Sequence record: DRR723986_593
Reading direction: 5' to 3' (one strand)
Length of the DNA stretch: 50,077 nucleotides
The notes beneath the pieces are model-generated. The model was not told the DNA's origin. It saw only the letters and a list, made by a program, of their open reading frames with translations, and did not search any database. The translations under genes were made by a program, and so were the position numbers. Every line of letters begins with the position of its first letter. Within the stretch, counting starts at the first letter, position 1. This document shows positions 1-11,403 of the stretch, in pieces.

Positions 1-1341
1 GGTTTCCTCGTCGCGCTCGTAGATCGGGAAATCCACGATCCAGGCAAATTCGAACCGGTCCTTGTCGGTATGGCCGAGCTCTTCGCCGATGATGACACGG
101 GCCTTGCCTGCGACCGGCTCGAACTGCTTCGGCTTGCCGCCGAGGAAGAAGGCCGCATCACCGACGTCGAGACCCAGCTGGGTGCGGATCGCTTCGGTGC
201 GCTCCGGACCAATGTTCTTGGCCAGCGGACCGGCAGCTTCCATGGAACCGTCTTCAGCCTTGCGCCAGAAGATGTAGCCCATGCCCGGCAGGCCCTGCTC
301 CTGGGCGAACTTGTTCATGCGGTCGCAGAACTTGCGGCTTCCACCCTTCGGTGCCGGGATAGCGCGGATCTCGGTGCCCGGCTGCTCCAGCAGCTTGGCA
401 AAGATTGCAAAACCGGATCCTGCAAAATGCTCGGAGACGATTTCCATCTTGATCGGGTTTCTGAGGTCCGGCTTGTCGGTGCCGTACCAGAGCGCTGAAT
501 CCTTGTAGGAAATCTGCGGCCAGTCGCGGTTGACCGGACGGCCGTTGCCGAAACGCTCGAAGCAGCCTGCAATCACCGGCTCGATGGTATCGAACACGTC
601 CTGCTGGGTGACGAAGGACATTTCCATGTCGAGCTGGTAGAAGTCGGTCGGTGAACGATCGGCACGCGGGTCTTCATCGCGGAAACACGGCGCGATCTGG
701 AAGTACTTGTCGAAGCCGGAGACCATCAGCAGCTGCTTGAACTGCTGCGGTGCCTGCGGCAGGGCGTAGAACTTGCCGGGGTGCAGACGAGACGGAACCA
801 GGAAGTCACGCGCGCCCTCAGGAGAAGAGGCCGTGATGATCGGCGTCTGGAATTCGTTGAAGCCGATGTTCCACATGCGGTCACGCAGATCTCGCACCAC
901 ATTGGAGCGCAGGATCATGTTCTGGTGCAGCTTCTCGCGGCGCAGATCCAGGAAACGGTACTTCAGACGAACTTCTTCCGGATAGTCCAGATCACCGAAG
1001 ACCGGCAGCGGCAGTTCCTTCGCCGCACCCAGGATTTCCATCTCGCGGATGAAGACTTCAATGTCACCGGTCGGAAGTTCGGCGTTGATGGTTTCGTCAG
1101 TACGCTTCTTCACGTTGCCATCGATGCGGATACACCATTCGGAACGCACGGTTTCGGCCAGTTTGAAGGCCGCAGAGTCGGGGTCGACCACGCATTGGGT
1201 GACACCATAATGATCGCGCAGATCGATGAACAGCACCCCGCCATGATCGCGGACCCTGTGGACCCAGCCGGAAAGACGGATAGTCTGGCCTTCGTCGGAC
1301 AGACGGAGGTCACCGCATGTGTGACTACGGTAGGGGTGCAT
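1..1341 (-). CDS. aspS: Aspartate--tRNA ligase (3' end runs off the window)
   Basis: Hand translation from the ATG at 1341 gives [13 protein letters not shown]...[41 protein letters not shown] and [11 protein letters not shown]. Missing from the ORF track because there is no stop in the window. Confidence 0.97.
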   Translation of the reverse strand, partial: MHPYRSHTCGDLRLSDEGQTIRLSGWVHRVRDHGGVLFIDLRDHYGVTQCVVDPDSAAFKLAETVRSEWCIRIDGNVKKRTDETINAELPTGDIEVFIREMEILGAAKELPLPVFGDLDYPEEVRLKYRFLDLRREKLHQNMILRSNVVRDLRDRMWNIGFNEFQTPIITASSPEGARDFLVPSRLHPGKFYALPQAPQQFKQLLMVSGFDKYFQIAPCFRDEDPRADRSPTDFYQLDMEMSFVTQQDVFDTIEPVIAGCFERFGNGRPVNRDWPQISYKDSALWYGTDKPDLRNPIKMEIVSEHFAGSGFAIFAKLLEQPGTEIRAIPAPKGGSRKFCDRMNKFAQEQGLPGMGYIFWRKAEDGSMEAAGPLAKNIGPERTEAIRTQLGLDVGDAAFFLGGKPKQFEPVAGKARVIIGEELGHTDKDRFEFAWIVDFPIYERDEET

Positions 1342-1413
1342 TCTAATTCCTCGACATTTTTCTTGGCATAGAAAATCGTTACGGCCCGCTGGAGGCAGGC
1401 CGAGTCCGGCTGC

Positions 1414-1442
1414 ACAATCCATGTTGCGGGACGAAAGTCAAG
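1414..1442 (-). promoter_or_regulatory. Candidate sigma70 promoter of aspS
   Basis: Minus strand CTTGAC-17 nt-GATTGT, about 70 nt upstream of the start. Confidence 0.35.
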
Positions 1443-1504
1443 GGAAAGGCTTGCGGTAGGCTTGCCTCTCCCCTTTTGAACGCGAAACGGTTCAGGAATT
1501 TCTC

Positions 1505-2131
1505 TCAGGCGTCGACTGCTTGCAACAGTGGATGCCACTGGCCGCGGATCTCGTGGGAACTGGCATCGGAATAGTCGAAAACGCCAGACCCGGCTGCGGC
1601 ATGGCGGGCATATATCACCCGATCAGAAATCCGGGCAAGCAGCGGATAGCCCTTTTGGGCGAGTAGCTGCTCCAGATCGGCAACCTGGTTTGACCGGCGA
1701 TCGATCCGGTTTGCGACCACGTGAATATCGGCCTTGCCCTTGCGCACGCGCTTGATATCGGAAATGCCGTCGAGAAACTTCAAGGTGGCGTCCCAGTCGA
1801 AGGCCGACGCAAGCACCGGAACAATGATATCGGACGACTCCGCAATCAGGTTCTTGGCCAGCTCCGATCGAAGCCCGCCGGGTCCGTCGATGACAATGGC
1901 GTCCAGATGCTTGTCCTTGTCACCGATAGCCTCCTCCTTGCTCCAGTTGAGGCCTTCGATCTGCGCCAGGCCCTTTGGGCGGCGCTTGACCCAGGAAAGG
2001 CTCGACTTCTGCCGGTCCGCATCGGCAAGTGCAACATCTTCGCCACGGGCGGCGAGCGCAACGGCAAGATTCGTGGCGAGGGTCGTCTTGCCGCAACCGC
2101 CCTTTGAATTCACCACCAGTATCTTGCGCAT
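1505..2131 (-). CDS. ParA/Soj-family ATPase (no adjacent parB)
   Basis: Deviant Walker A KGGCGKTT, DADRQ and IVIDGPG motifs. GGAG lies upstream of the ATG at 2131. Confidence 0.88.
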   Translation of the reverse strand: MRKILVVNSKGGCGKTTLATNLAVALAARGEDVALADADRQKSSLSWVKRRPKGLAQIEGLNWSKEEAIGDKDKHLDAIVIDGPGGLRSELAKNLIAESSDIIVPVLASAFDWDATLKFLDGISDIKRVRKGKADIHVVANRIDRRSNQVADLEQLLAQKGYPLLARISDRVIYARHAAAGSGVFDYSDASSHEIRGQWHPLLQAVDA

Positions 2132-2277
2132 TTCCACTCCCCTGTGTGTTCTTTTGCGGACGCTCGCTTAAGCTTCAACATAGGCGCACAAAATGCGCCT
2201 TTTCAAGAGCTTCAAGCGCGAAAATTACCATTTCGTGGCGACAAAGCGGCAGAACTCGGGTATAGCTGTCCGTCACC

Positions 2278-3462
2278 ATGCATGTGATTACAAAAACAAA
2301 AGATCTCGCCGCTGCGTGCCAGCGTCTTGCCGCTCATGATTACGTGACTGTCGACACGGAGTTTCTCCGTGAGACAACCTTTTGGCCCAAGCTCTGCGTC
2401 ATCCAGATGGCAGGGCCTGACATGGCCTTCATCGTCGATGCCCTGTCCGAAGGGCTGGACCTTGAGCCCTTTTTCGAGCTTATGCGCGACGGCAATGTGA
2501 CAAAAGTTTTTCACGCTGCCCGCCAGGACATCGAAATCATCTATCATCTGGGAGAACTTATCCCAGCCCCGCTGTTCGACACTCAAGTCGCGGCCATGGT
2601 TTGCGGCTTTGGTGATTCCATTTCCTACGACCAGCTTGTCTACAAGGTGACCGGTGCCCGGATCGACAAGTCGTCCCGCTTCACCGACTGGGCCCGCAGG
2701 CCGCTGACGGCAAAGCAACTGGATTATGCGCTGGCGGACGTCACGCATCTGCGCGACGCCTATCAGTTCCTGAAAGCAAATCTCGCCGAACAGGACCGCA
2801 GCCACTGGGTTCAGGACGAAATGCAGGTGCTGACATCCATCAACACCTACCGTACGGATCCCGAACAGGCCTGGAAACGGCTGAAGCTTCGAGTGCGCAA
2901 GCCGGTTGAACTGGCCGTGATGATGGAAGTTGCAGCCTGGCGCGAACGGGAAGCGCAATCACGCGACGTTCCGCGCAGCCGCGTCATCAAGGACGATGCC
3001 ATCTACGAGCTCGCAGCTCAGCAGCCCCAGGACGCAGAATCGCTCGCGCGCCTCAGGACCATTCCGCGCGGCTTCGAGCGTTCAAAGTCCGCAGACGAGA
3101 TCCTGAAAGCCGTCAGACGGGCCGTTTCGCTTCCCAAGAACGAAATGCCGAAACTGCCGAAAGGTCGACAGGCACCGGACGGGTCAGCGGCCGCTGTCGA
3201 TCTCTTGAAGGTTCTTCTGAAACTTGTCAGCGAGGCACATGGCGTTGCTGCCAAGGTCATAGCCACGGTGGATGATCTTGAAAAGATTGCCGCGGATGAT
3301 GCTGCCGATGTGGCAGCCATGAAGGGCTGGCGGCGCGAGCTTTTCGGCGAAACCGCGCTCAAGCTGAAGCGCGGCGAAGTCGCCCTCGCCTTCCAGGATC
3401 GTCAGATCGTTGCGATTGATCAGCCGCGGCAGGCGAACGTTGAATCGGAAGCGGCAGAGTAA
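2278..3462 (+). CDS. rnd: Ribonuclease D
   Basis: DEDDy exonuclease motifs VDTEF, FHAARQD, FDTQVAA, TDWARRPL and YALADV, then an HRDC-like region. Confidence 0.96.
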   Translation: MHVITKTKDLAAACQRLAAHDYVTVDTEFLRETTFWPKLCVIQMAGPDMAFIVDALSEGLDLEPFFELMRDGNVTKVFHAARQDIEIIYHLGELIPAPLFDTQVAAMVCGFGDSISYDQLVYKVTGARIDKSSRFTDWARRPLTAKQLDYALADVTHLRDAYQFLKANLAEQDRSHWVQDEMQVLTSINTYRTDPEQAWKRLKLRVRKPVELAVMMEVAAWREREAQSRDVPRSRVIKDDAIYELAAQQPQDAESLARLRTIPRGFERSKSADEILKAVRRAVSLPKNEMPKLPKGRQAPDGSAAAVDLLKVLLKLVSEAHGVAAKVIATVDDLEKIAADDAADVAAMKGWRRELFGETALKLKRGEVALAFQDRQIVAIDQPRQANVESEAAE

Positions 3463-3472
3463 ACTCTGCCGC
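3451..3472. terminator. Hairpin over the rnd stop codon, between convergent rnd and ppx
   Basis: GCGGCAGAG-TAAA-CTCTGCCGC, a perfect 9-bp stem with only a weak U tract. Confidence 0.5.
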
Positions 3473-3509
3473 CTGCCTTCTCAGTCTCAGTTCCGCAGCT
3501 CCCCAGAAA

Positions 3510-5030
3510 TCAGCCGGCGTTTACAGCAACATCGACATCGATGACCTTGCTGAGCTGGTTCGCACGCTTGCGCAGGCGTTCACCGTCGAGATCGGCAAGG
3601 TCCTTGCCGAGGTCCAGCGACAACCCTGTTTCCGATTTGGTGATGCCGACCTTCGGCAACATGCCGGCAATGGAAGCACTCAAAAGAGACGCCACCCGCA
3701 TGGTAGCGCCAAGAACCTTGGCGCGGATGCGCAGACGGTCCGTAAACAGCGCTCGGATGACCGGCGAAAGATCGCCCTCGCGCAAACCCTGGTGGCGATA
3801 GAAAACGGCTGCTGCAAGATAAGCGCGACTGGCATGATCCAGCCCGACGAAAGATGCGTTCGAAATGATATTGAGGCTCTGCTCGCCGCGATAGTCGGGA
3901 TGGGCACGCCAGCCGATGTCGGAGAGAAGACACGCCGCGTGGCGAAGCCGTGTCTCGTTGGCGGTTTCCTCGATGCCAAGCTCCTTGAACAGCTTGTCCG
4001 TCCAGACAATCAGCTCCTCCGCGTGCGCAGGTGAGCGCGCACGCAGCGTGCACAGTTCGCGCGCAGCTTCAATTACCGGGTCATGAGCCTGCATTTCCGA
4101 AGGCAGCTTTTCATGGAGCAGGCCTTCACGAACACCGGTTGCGGAAAAGACCAGGCGCTCCGCCTTCATCGACGTCAGCACCTGTTCCAGCACGACTGCA
4201 CCGATCGGCACCAGAGGACGGCGCTGTTTGGAAACGATCTCCGCCAGTTCCACCCCTTCAAGGTTCGGAATGGCGATACGCTTGCAGAAGGCAATCGCCT
4301 CTTCCGCACTGATTTCATAATTGTGCATCACGTGCAGCGGATAATTGTTCTGCATCAGATGCAGACGGCCCAGCGACCGCCACGTGCCGCCAACGGCATA
4401 GAATGTCCGTTCACCGGGAGCCAGGTCAGGCCACTGAAAGTCCTTGAGAGCCGCTTCGGTAATCTTCTGCGCCTTGGCGATCTTGCCTTCGGCCTCTTCC
4501 GAAAGCCGCAGCCCGCCAAGGGGGAACGTCGCTCCCGTGCCGGGCTTGTTGTCGGCAATTTCCACCAGCTCCAGACTGCCGCCACCCATGTCGCCGACAA
4601 TGCCGCGCGGCTGCCAGAACCCGGCAATCACACCAAGAGCCGAATAATAGGCCTCTTCATTGCCATCGAGGATGCGAACCGGAGCCTCCAGAAACCGTTC
4701 GACCTCACGCACGAAATCAGGCCCGTTTTCCGCATCGCGCGCCGCAGCTGTCGCCACGATGTAGATGTCCTGGCAGCCGGTATGCTTGATCAGGGTCTTG
4801 AACCGGGTCAGTTCACCGAGAGCCAGGCTGACGGAATCGTCGGCCAGACGGCCGGTCGCGGCAATGCCCTTGCCAAGCCCTGCCAGCAGCTTTTCGTTGA
4901 ACAGCATGGTCGGTGTGCGGGCCTTGCGTTCGTAAATCACGAGGCGCACGGAGTTGGAGCCGATGTCCACGACTGCGACAGGTCCGGACCCGTTGAGCCG
5001 GCCACGTGCCGGATGAAACTCAGCAGTCAT
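3510..5030 (-). CDS. ppx: Exopolyphosphatase Ppx/GppA
   Basis: VVDIGSNSVRL, ATAAARDA, EEAYY, GDMGGGSLE and GVREG motifs. Immediately downstream of ppk. Confidence 0.95.
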   Translation of the reverse strand: MTAEFHPARGRLNGSGPVAVVDIGSNSVRLVIYERKARTPTMLFNEKLLAGLGKGIAATGRLADDSVSLALGELTRFKTLIKHTGCQDIYIVATAAARDAENGPDFVREVERFLEAPVRILDGNEEAYYSALGVIAGFWQPRGIVGDMGGGSLELVEIADNKPGTGATFPLGGLRLSEEAEGKIAKAQKITEAALKDFQWPDLAPGERTFYAVGGTWRSLGRLHLMQNNYPLHVMHNYEISAEEAIAFCKRIAIPNLEGVELAEIVSKQRRPLVPIGAVVLEQVLTSMKAERLVFSATGVREGLLHEKLPSEMQAHDPVIEAARELCTLRARSPAHAEELIVWTDKLFKELGIEETANETRLRHAACLLSDIGWRAHPDYRGEQSLNIISNASFVGLDHASRAYLAAAVFYRHQGLREGDLSPVIRALFTDRLRIRAKVLGATMRVASLLSASIAGMLPKVGITKSETGLSLDLGKDLADLDGERLRKRANQLSKVIDVDVAVNAG

Positions 5031-5031
5031 G

Positions 5032-7254
5032 CTAACCTCGTTTTTGCCGTTCCAGGAACGGCCTCGGCCGATCGCTCTTCAATGATTTGCCTCTGCCGGA
5101 AAGCGAGGGGTTCGTCATGAAATACTGATGTGCATTGAAGGGTTCCTCGTTGGCGTTCGGAACGATGCGTTCATGGCTGCCGTCCGACAGAATGCGCCAG
5201 CTTTGCTGGTTGTCCTTCAGGTTGGCCACCATGATCTGGTCCAGAACCTGTTCGTGCACGGTGGGTGTCTTGAGCGGTGCCAGGACCTCGACCCGCCGGT
5301 CGATGTTACGCGGCATCAGATCGGCTGAGCCGATATAGACGTGTGCCTCGGGAGACGGCAGTCCCTGGCCGTTGCCAAAGCAGTAGATGCGAGAATGCTC
5401 CAGGAAACGTCCGACAATGGATTTCACCCGAATGTTGTCGGACAGACCCGGAATGCCCGGACGCAGGCAGCAAATGCCGCGAATGATCAGGTCGATCTGC
5501 ACACCTGCCTGGCTTGCGCGATAAAGGGCATCGATGATCGCCGGATCCACGAGGGAATTCATCTTCCACCAGATCTGCGCGGGGCGGCCTGCGCGGGCGT
5601 GCTCGATCTCGTTCTCGGTCATTTCCAGCATGCGCTGACGCAGGTTGACCGGAGACACCATGAGGTTGTTCAGTTCCGCCGGTTGAGCGTAACCGGTGAT
5701 GAAGTTGAACACCCGGGCCGCATCCTCGGCAATGCCGGGATCATCGGTGAAGAAGGAAAGATCCTCATAAATCCGCGCCGTGATCGGGTGATAGTTTCCT
5801 GTCCCGATGTGGCAATAGGTTTTGAGCTGACCGTGCTCGCGCTTGATGACCATGGAGAGCTTGGAATGCGTTTTCAGCTCGATGAAGCCGAAGACAACCT
5901 GCACCCCTGCGCGCTCCAGATCGCGCGCCCACTTGATATTCGCTTCCTCGTCGAACCTTGCCTTGAGCTCCACCAGTGCGGTAACGGATTTGCCGGCTTC
6001 GGCCGCCTCAGCCAAAGCCTTCACGATGGGGCTGTCGTTGGAGGTACGATAGAGCGTCTGCTTGATCGCCACCACATCCGGATCACGCGCAGCCTGCCGC
6101 AGATACTGAACCACCACGTCGAAGGATTCATACGGGTGGTGGACGATGATGTCCTTCTGGTGGATCGCCGCAAGACAGTCGCCGCCATGTTCGCGAATGC
6201 GCTCCGGAAAGCGGGCGGTATAGGGCTGGAACTTCAGGTCAGGCCGCTCAAGGTCTACGATCTGGGACAGGTTGTTGAGCGCAAGCAAGCCGTTTGCAAG
6301 GAAGATCTCGCTTTGCCCGACATGCAGCGCCTCCCCCACGAACTCACGCAGCGCCGGTGGTGTGGTTTCCTGGATTTCCAGACGGATCACCGAGCCCCGG
6401 CGGCGGCGGCGCAAAGCGCTTTCGAACAGACGAACGAGGTCTTCCGCTTCTTCTTCGATTTCAAGATCGCTGTCACGAATGACGCGGAACGCCCCCTTGC
6501 CCCGGATCTCGTAGCCTGGAAACAAGCGCCCGATGAAGAGGCTGACGACTTTCTCGATTGCGATGAACCGGGCAGCGCCATCTTCGCCGTTTGGCAATTG
6601 AACGAAGCGATCAACCTGGCTCGGAATTCTGAGCAGAGCAATCATGCCGCGCCCACCTGAAGTTGGCGCCAGTTCAAAGACGATTGAAAAGCCAAGGTTC
6701 GGAATGAACGGGAACGGATGCGCCGGATCGATGGCAAGCGGCGTCAGAACCGGGAAGACATAAGCAAGGAAATAGTCTTGCAGCCAGGCCTTGTCCGCCT
6801 GGTCAAGCGTGTCGCCCTGCGGGATCTCGATACCCTTGTCGGCAATCTCCCGGCGCAGTTCCACCCAGATCTTCTGCTGAGACGCCTGGAGATCACGCAC
6901 TGCTTCGCTGATCTTCTGAAGCTGCTCGGTCGGCGTCAGGCCGTCGTCGGACAGATTGGTAACGTCGGCCCGTTGCTGGCCACGCAGGCCGGCCACACGC
7001 ACCATGAAAAATTCGTCGAGATTGTTGGCGGAGATCGACAGGAACCGAACGCGCTCAAGCAGCGGATGGTTCGGGTTCATGGCTTCTTCCAGAACCCGGA
7101 GATTGAACTGGAGCCAGGACAGCTCCCGGTTCATGAACCTGGCCGGAGATGTAGCCAGCTCACCTTCCGGTGTCAGTTCCGGCACGGCTCCCTTTGCATC
7201 GGAAGCAACGGTGGAGGCAGGCAGAATGTCCGAAAGATCAGGGGCTTCGTTCAT
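5032..7254 (-). CDS. ppk: Polyphosphate kinase 1
   Basis: [45 protein letters not shown] and GSADLMPRN motifs. Start chosen at ATG 7254; the ORF extends to 7314. Confidence 0.97.
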   Translation of the reverse strand: MNEAPDLSDILPASTVASDAKGAVPELTPEGELATSPARFMNRELSWLQFNLRVLEEAMNPNHPLLERVRFLSISANNLDEFFMVRVAGLRGQQRADVTNLSDDGLTPTEQLQKISEAVRDLQASQQKIWVELRREIADKGIEIPQGDTLDQADKAWLQDYFLAYVFPVLTPLAIDPAHPFPFIPNLGFSIVFELAPTSGGRGMIALLRIPSQVDRFVQLPNGEDGAARFIAIEKVVSLFIGRLFPGYEIRGKGAFRVIRDSDLEIEEEAEDLVRLFESALRRRRRGSVIRLEIQETTPPALREFVGEALHVGQSEIFLANGLLALNNLSQIVDLERPDLKFQPYTARFPERIREHGGDCLAAIHQKDIIVHHPYESFDVVVQYLRQAARDPDVVAIKQTLYRTSNDSPIVKALAEAAEAGKSVTALVELKARFDEEANIKWARDLERAGVQVVFGFIELKTHSKLSMVIKREHGQLKTYCHIGTGNYHPITARIYEDLSFFTDDPGIAEDAARVFNFITGYAQPAELNNLMVSPVNLRQRMLEMTENEIEHARAGRPAQIWWKMNSLVDPAIIDALYRASQAGVQIDLIIRGICCLRPGIPGLSDNIRVKSIVGRFLEHSRIYCFGNGQGLPSPEAHVYIGSADLMPRNIDRRVEVLAPLKTPTVHEQVLDQIMVANLKDNQQSWRILSDGSHERIVPNANEEPFNAHQYFMTNPSLSGRGKSLKSDRPRPFLERQKRG

Positions 7255-7360
7255 GGCATCATCCCTTGTTCCGCGCAGCTTCCGCTTCAATCCGGCAAAA
7301 CCGGGCACGCCCATTCTGCCTCAACGCCGCCGTGACTAACATGAACTTCTGAGCGGGCAA

Positions 7361-7378
7361 ATGACAGTCCTGTGGCAG
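7361..7378 (-). promoter_or_regulatory. PhoB-box-like direct repeat upstream of ppk
   Basis: Minus strand CTGCCAC-AGGA-CTGTCAT versus consensus CTGTCAT-N4-CTGTCAT. Confidence 0.65.
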
Positions 7379-7387
7379 CATTGGCGA

Positions 7388-8068
7388 TTATTGGCCTTTA
7401 TGCACATTTTCCAAGACCCGCCCGGCAAGTGGTTTCGTGATCTTGACCCGCCCGGCAAGAGCCTCCTGATCGATCGCCTCCACGGCGCGCATGGCGACCT
7501 CGAGCGAACGTTCCATTCGCACCACAAGATAGTCGACGACACCTTGATCGACCGCAATCTGCCGGTCGGCAAACAACTTCACCAGAACACGGCGAAGGAG
7601 ATCATCGTCCGGCTCCAGAATTTCGACAGGAGTGGCCGCGCGCAGGCGGGACTGCAGATCCGGAAGGGAAATTTTCCAGCTGGCAGGCCAGGTGCGGCTG
7701 GTGATGAGCACCGTTTTGCCCGCCTGACGTGCAGCGTTGAGAAGGTGGAACAGGGCCGTGTTGTCGATGCCCAGGTGCGCATCCTCGATCACGGCAGCGG
7801 GTGCGGCAACGAGAGTTTCCACGGACTGCGGATCGAGCTTGGAAGCAGCCAGAACGGCAGCGCCGGTCTCATCCTGAAAGGCCTGGACAAGATGGGTTTT
7901 TCCCGCACCGACGGGGCCTGCAAGGACAACGACCGGAGAAGGCCAATCCGGCCAGCGTTCCAGCAATTCGAACGCAGCCCGGTTGGAGCCTCCAACCAGA
8001 TAGTCGTCACGGCTCAAGGCCGCTTCATGCGGCAATTCCAAAGGCAACTGGCGCGGTGTTTCCACCAT
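7388..8068 (-). CDS. hdaA: HdaA/Hda-like DnaA-related AAA+ protein
   Basis: N-terminal clamp-binding-like QLPLEL, Walker A GPVGAGKTHL, LFHLLN and LPDLQSRL. Conserved AI-2E/purM neighbourhood. Confidence 0.8.
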   Translation of the reverse strand: MVETPRQLPLELPHEAALSRDDYLVGGSNRAAFELLERWPDWPSPVVVLAGPVGAGKTHLVQAFQDETGAAVLAASKLDPQSVETLVAAPAAVIEDAHLGIDNTALFHLLNAARQAGKTVLITSRTWPASWKISLPDLQSRLRAATPVEILEPDDDLLRRVLVKLFADRQIAVDQGVVDYLVVRMERSLEVAMRAVEAIDQEALAGRVKITKPLAGRVLENVHKGQ

Positions 8069-8071
8069 TTT

Positions 8072-9169
8072 CTACTCTGATACCTGTTCTTCTTGCCCCG
8101 ATACGGGATGATCGGTTCCCTGATAGACCGGGCTTGCGAGATACTGCTTCAGGGCGAAGCGTGCAAGCACGCCGATCATCGCGGCGGCGGGAACCGCGAT
8201 CAGCATCCCCACAAATCCAAAGAGATATCCAAAGGCAAACAAGGCAAACATGAGCGTAACAGGATGCAGGCCCGTGCTTTCGCCAACAAGTTTGGGCTGC
8301 AGGATATTGCCCTCCAGGAACTGACCGACGCCAAAGATCGCGGCAACTGCGATAATCCAGGGCCATTCCGGCCAGAATTGGACAAGCGCCACACCGATGG
8401 ACAGGACAAGCCCCAACCCGGCCCCGACGAAGGGAATGAAACTGACGAGACCAGCCACCATTCCGATCAGGAGACCGAAGTTCAGCCCGATCAGGGCCAG
8501 AGAAACGGCGTAAAACGATCCCAGGATAAGACAGACCGACACCTGCCCGCGCACGAAACCGGCAACAGCCTGATCCATTTCCTTTGCAAGGCCGCGGATT
8601 TCTGCCAGATGATCACGCGGCAGCCAGCTGTCGATACGGGCGACCATGCGGTCCCAGTCGAGCAAAAGATAGAATGCAACAACCGGCGTAATGACGAAGA
8701 GCGACAGGATCGACAGCAACGCCTGACCGCCGCTCCAGAGCGACTGTGCCAGCTTGCCGACGAAAGAAGCCCCCTGCCCGATGAGATTGGACATGGAGGA
8801 CTGGAGGTCTTCCGCATTGATGCCCGCAACGGACGCCAGATCGGCCGGAAAGTTATCCGACAGCAATGCCTGCAGCTTGCGGATCAGCTCCGGGAACTTT
8901 TCCAGGAAAAGGGCAAGCTGATTGCCCAACAGTGGCAGAAGCAGGATGAAGAACATCACGAGGATGAGGACGAAGGCGAACAGGATTGTCAGCGTCGCCC
9001 ACATCCGCCCCATGCCCAGCTTTTCCAGCCGGTCGCAAACCGGATCCAGCAGATAGGCCACCGCCATGCCGGCAACGAAAGGGAGAAGCACGCTGGAGAA
9101 GACATACAGAAACAGGCAAAGAACAACGAGGGAAATCAGCCAGAACTGGACCTGACGGCGAAGGGTCAT
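8072..9169 (-). CDS. AI-2E (PerM) family transporter
   Basis: Highly hydrophobic, with LLPFVAG...AYLLDP, FVRGQ, FIPFVG and EGNILQPKLVG..GLHPV motifs. Confidence 0.92.
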   Translation of the reverse strand: MTLRRQVQFWLISLVVLCLFLYVFSSVLLPFVAGMAVAYLLDPVCDRLEKLGMGRMWATLTILFAFVLILVMFFILLLPLLGNQLALFLEKFPELIRKLQALLSDNFPADLASVAGINAEDLQSSMSNLIGQGASFVGKLAQSLWSGGQALLSILSLFVITPVVAFYLLLDWDRMVARIDSWLPRDHLAEIRGLAKEMDQAVAGFVRGQVSVCLILGSFYAVSLALIGLNFGLLIGMVAGLVSFIPFVGAGLGLVLSIGVALVQFWPEWPWIIAVAAIFGVGQFLEGNILQPKLVGESTGLHPVTLMFALFAFGYLFGFVGMLIAVPAAAMIGVLARFALKQYLASPVYQGTDHPVSGQEEQVSE

Positions 9170-9596
9170 GTATGGCGCTCCTCGGTTGTGCCGGTGCGTA
9201 GGAATGGCTTTCTTCCGGACATGGAATTAAACCCCGCCTCCGGTCAAGTCCAGAAGAAGTCGGCTTTTCGCGGCATTGGTCCATCAAGGAGCCACTTCTG
9301 CCTCATGAGGCAAAGCCTATGACCACGGTTTCAAACAGGCCAGCAAGACCGATTTCCGGCAAAAGGCTGTCTGCAGCACCCTTGCACTGAAGGTTTATCC
9401 AGATGCTCCATGACCTCTTTTTCGCCGGCAATGCACTTTGAGCCATTCAAATCGGCTGGGTTTTGAAGAAAAATGCGGAAGTTGGCCTGCCATCTGTTCT
9501 TAAGCCCTGCGCAGAACCGCTCGCCTCTTGTGTTCCTTGGCGGCAGACTGTAATCCGCACTGGCACAGCCAACCGCACGCAGTCTCGGAGTGCCCC

Positions 9597-10673
9597 ATGA
9601 GCGAATCCTCTGGTCCCAACGGCCTGACCTATGCCGATGCCGGTGTCGATATCGACGCCGGAAACGAACTGGTGAACCGCATCAAGCCGCTGGTCAAGGC
9701 AACTTCCCGCCCCGGGGCCGACAGCGATATCGGCGGTTTCGGTGGTCTTTTTGACCTCAAGGGCGCTGGGTTTCAGGATCCGATCCTTGTTGCCGCCAAT
9801 GACGGCGTCGGTACCAAGTTGAAGATTGCGATTGAAACCGGCCAGCACCGCACTGTGGGCATCGACCTCGTTGCGATGTGTGTCAACGATCTGGTGGTCC
9901 AGGGCGCTGAACCGCTGTTCTTCCTCGACTATTTCGCGACCGGCGCGCTGGATGTGACCACTGCAACGGATGTGGTTGCCGGCATTGCAGACGGCTGCAA
10001 GATGGCAGGAGCCGCGCTGATCGGCGGCGAGACAGCTGAAATGCCGGGCATGTATGTGGAAGGCGACTACGATCTGGCAGGCTTCTCCGTCGGCGCTGTT
10101 GAACGCGGCGGGATCCTGCCGCGCCCGGACGTTGCCGCTGGCGACGTACTGCTTGCTCTGGCCTCCTCCGGCGTTCATTCCAACGGCTATTCCATGGTGC
10201 GCAAGATCATCGAACTGTCCGGCATGAACTGGTCGGACGCGGCACCGTTTGCAGCCGGCAAGACACTGGGCGAAGCCCTGATGGAACCGACCAGGATTTA
10301 CGTCAAACCGCTGCTGGCCGCACTGAAGGAAACCTCCGGCATCAAGGCCCTTGCCCACATCACCGGTGGTGGCCTGCCGGAAAACCTGCCGCGCGTCCTG
10401 CCGAAGAATTGCTCCGCTCGCATCGATCTTGGCCAGATCAGCGTTCCGCCGGTATTCGGCTGGCTCGCGAAATCGGGTGGCGTTGCCGAGAAGGAAATGC
10501 TGCGCACGTTCAACTGCGGCACCGGGATGGTGATTGTCGTGTCTGCGGACCAGGCCGATGCGGTTGCCGACGTCCTGCGCAATGCCGGTGAAACGGTCAG
10601 CAAGATCGGCGTCATCGAAGCTGAAGGCGCTGCACCGGTGCGGTTTGACGGCAGCCTGGACCTTGGCGCATGA
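9597..10673 (+). CDS. purM: Phosphoribosylformylglycinamidine cyclo-ligase
   Basis: [40 protein letters not shown] and RTFNCG motifs. GGAG before ATG 9597. Confidence 0.98.
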   Translation: MSESSGPNGLTYADAGVDIDAGNELVNRIKPLVKATSRPGADSDIGGFGGLFDLKGAGFQDPILVAANDGVGTKLKIAIETGQHRTVGIDLVAMCVNDLVVQGAEPLFFLDYFATGALDVTTATDVVAGIADGCKMAGAALIGGETAEMPGMYVEGDYDLAGFSVGAVERGGILPRPDVAAGDVLLALASSGVHSNGYSMVRKIIELSGMNWSDAAPFAAGKTLGEALMEPTRIYVKPLLAALKETSGIKALAHITGGGLPENLPRVLPKNCSARIDLGQISVPPVFGWLAKSGGVAEKEMLRTFNCGTGMVIVVSADQADAVADVLRNAGETVSKIGVIEAEGAAPVRFDGSLDLGA

Positions 10674-11317
10674 GCCGCAAGAAGACTGCCATCCTGATCT
10701 CAGGACGCGGCTCCAACATGGGCGCGCTGATTTCCGCGGCAATGTCTCCCGACTATCCCGCCGAAATCACGCTTGTCCTGTCCAACCGGCCTGACGCCAA
10801 GGGACTGGAACGGGCCGCTGAGCTGGGCATTGCAACGGCAGTTGTCGACCACAAGGACCATGCAGGTGATCGGGAAGCGTTCGAAAAATCGGTAGATGCC
10901 GTTTTGAAGGACCACAAGATCGACCTGGTCGCCCTTGCCGGTTTCATGCGTATCCTGACCCCCTATCTGGTCAATGCCTGGGCGGGCAGGATGATCAACA
11001 TCCATCCGGCTCTCCTGCCCTCTTTCAAAGGCCTTGCCACACATGAGCGGGCCTTGCAGGAAGGTGTCAAGTTGCATGGTGCCACCGTGCATTATGTGTC
11101 TGCTGAAATGGACGATGGTCCGATCATCATGCAGGGAGCCGTACCGGTTCTGGACAATGACACCCCTGACACGTTGGCTGCCCGTGTGCTGGACGTTGAA
11201 CACCAGATCTACCCCAAGGCTCTTTCCATGGTTGCCAGCGGCAAGGCCAAGGTGTCGGGAGCACGGGTAACCGGCAGCGGCAACAGCAACGAGACGGAAA
11301 CGCTCATCTGGCCGTAG
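10670..11317 (+). CDS. purN: Phosphoribosylglycinamide formyltransferase
   Basis: [23 protein letters not shown] and GATVH..MDDGPII motifs. ATGA overlap with purM. Confidence 0.98.
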   Translation: MSRKKTAILISGRGSNMGALISAAMSPDYPAEITLVLSNRPDAKGLERAAELGIATAVVDHKDHAGDREAFEKSVDAVLKDHKIDLVALAGFMRILTPYLVNAWAGRMINIHPALLPSFKGLATHERALQEGVKLHGATVHYVSAEMDDGPIIMQGAVPVLDNDTPDTLAARVLDVEHQIYPKALSMVASGKAKVSGARVTGSGNSNETETLIWP

Positions 11318-11403
11318 GCCGGACGGCTTTCCCCGCTTGCAGCAAAACGATCGCAGATTTTTCAGACCGATCCTGACGCGCCAAATGGATCGGCTTCCTC
11401 TGG

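Noticed and set aside
9305-9390. Tiny ORFs (5 aa and 23 aa) upstream of purM as leader peptides
   Set aside because: Poor SD spacing, no attenuator structure and far from the purM start.
9561-9576. TGGCAC upstream of purM as a sigma54 promoter
   Set aside because: There is no GC at the required GG-N10-GC spacing.
11367-11393. CCGATCC/GGATCGG hairpin between purN and the sheath as a terminator or insertion boundary
   Set aside because: Only a 7-bp stem with a 13-nt loop, no U tract, and no matching copy on the other side of the sheath gene.
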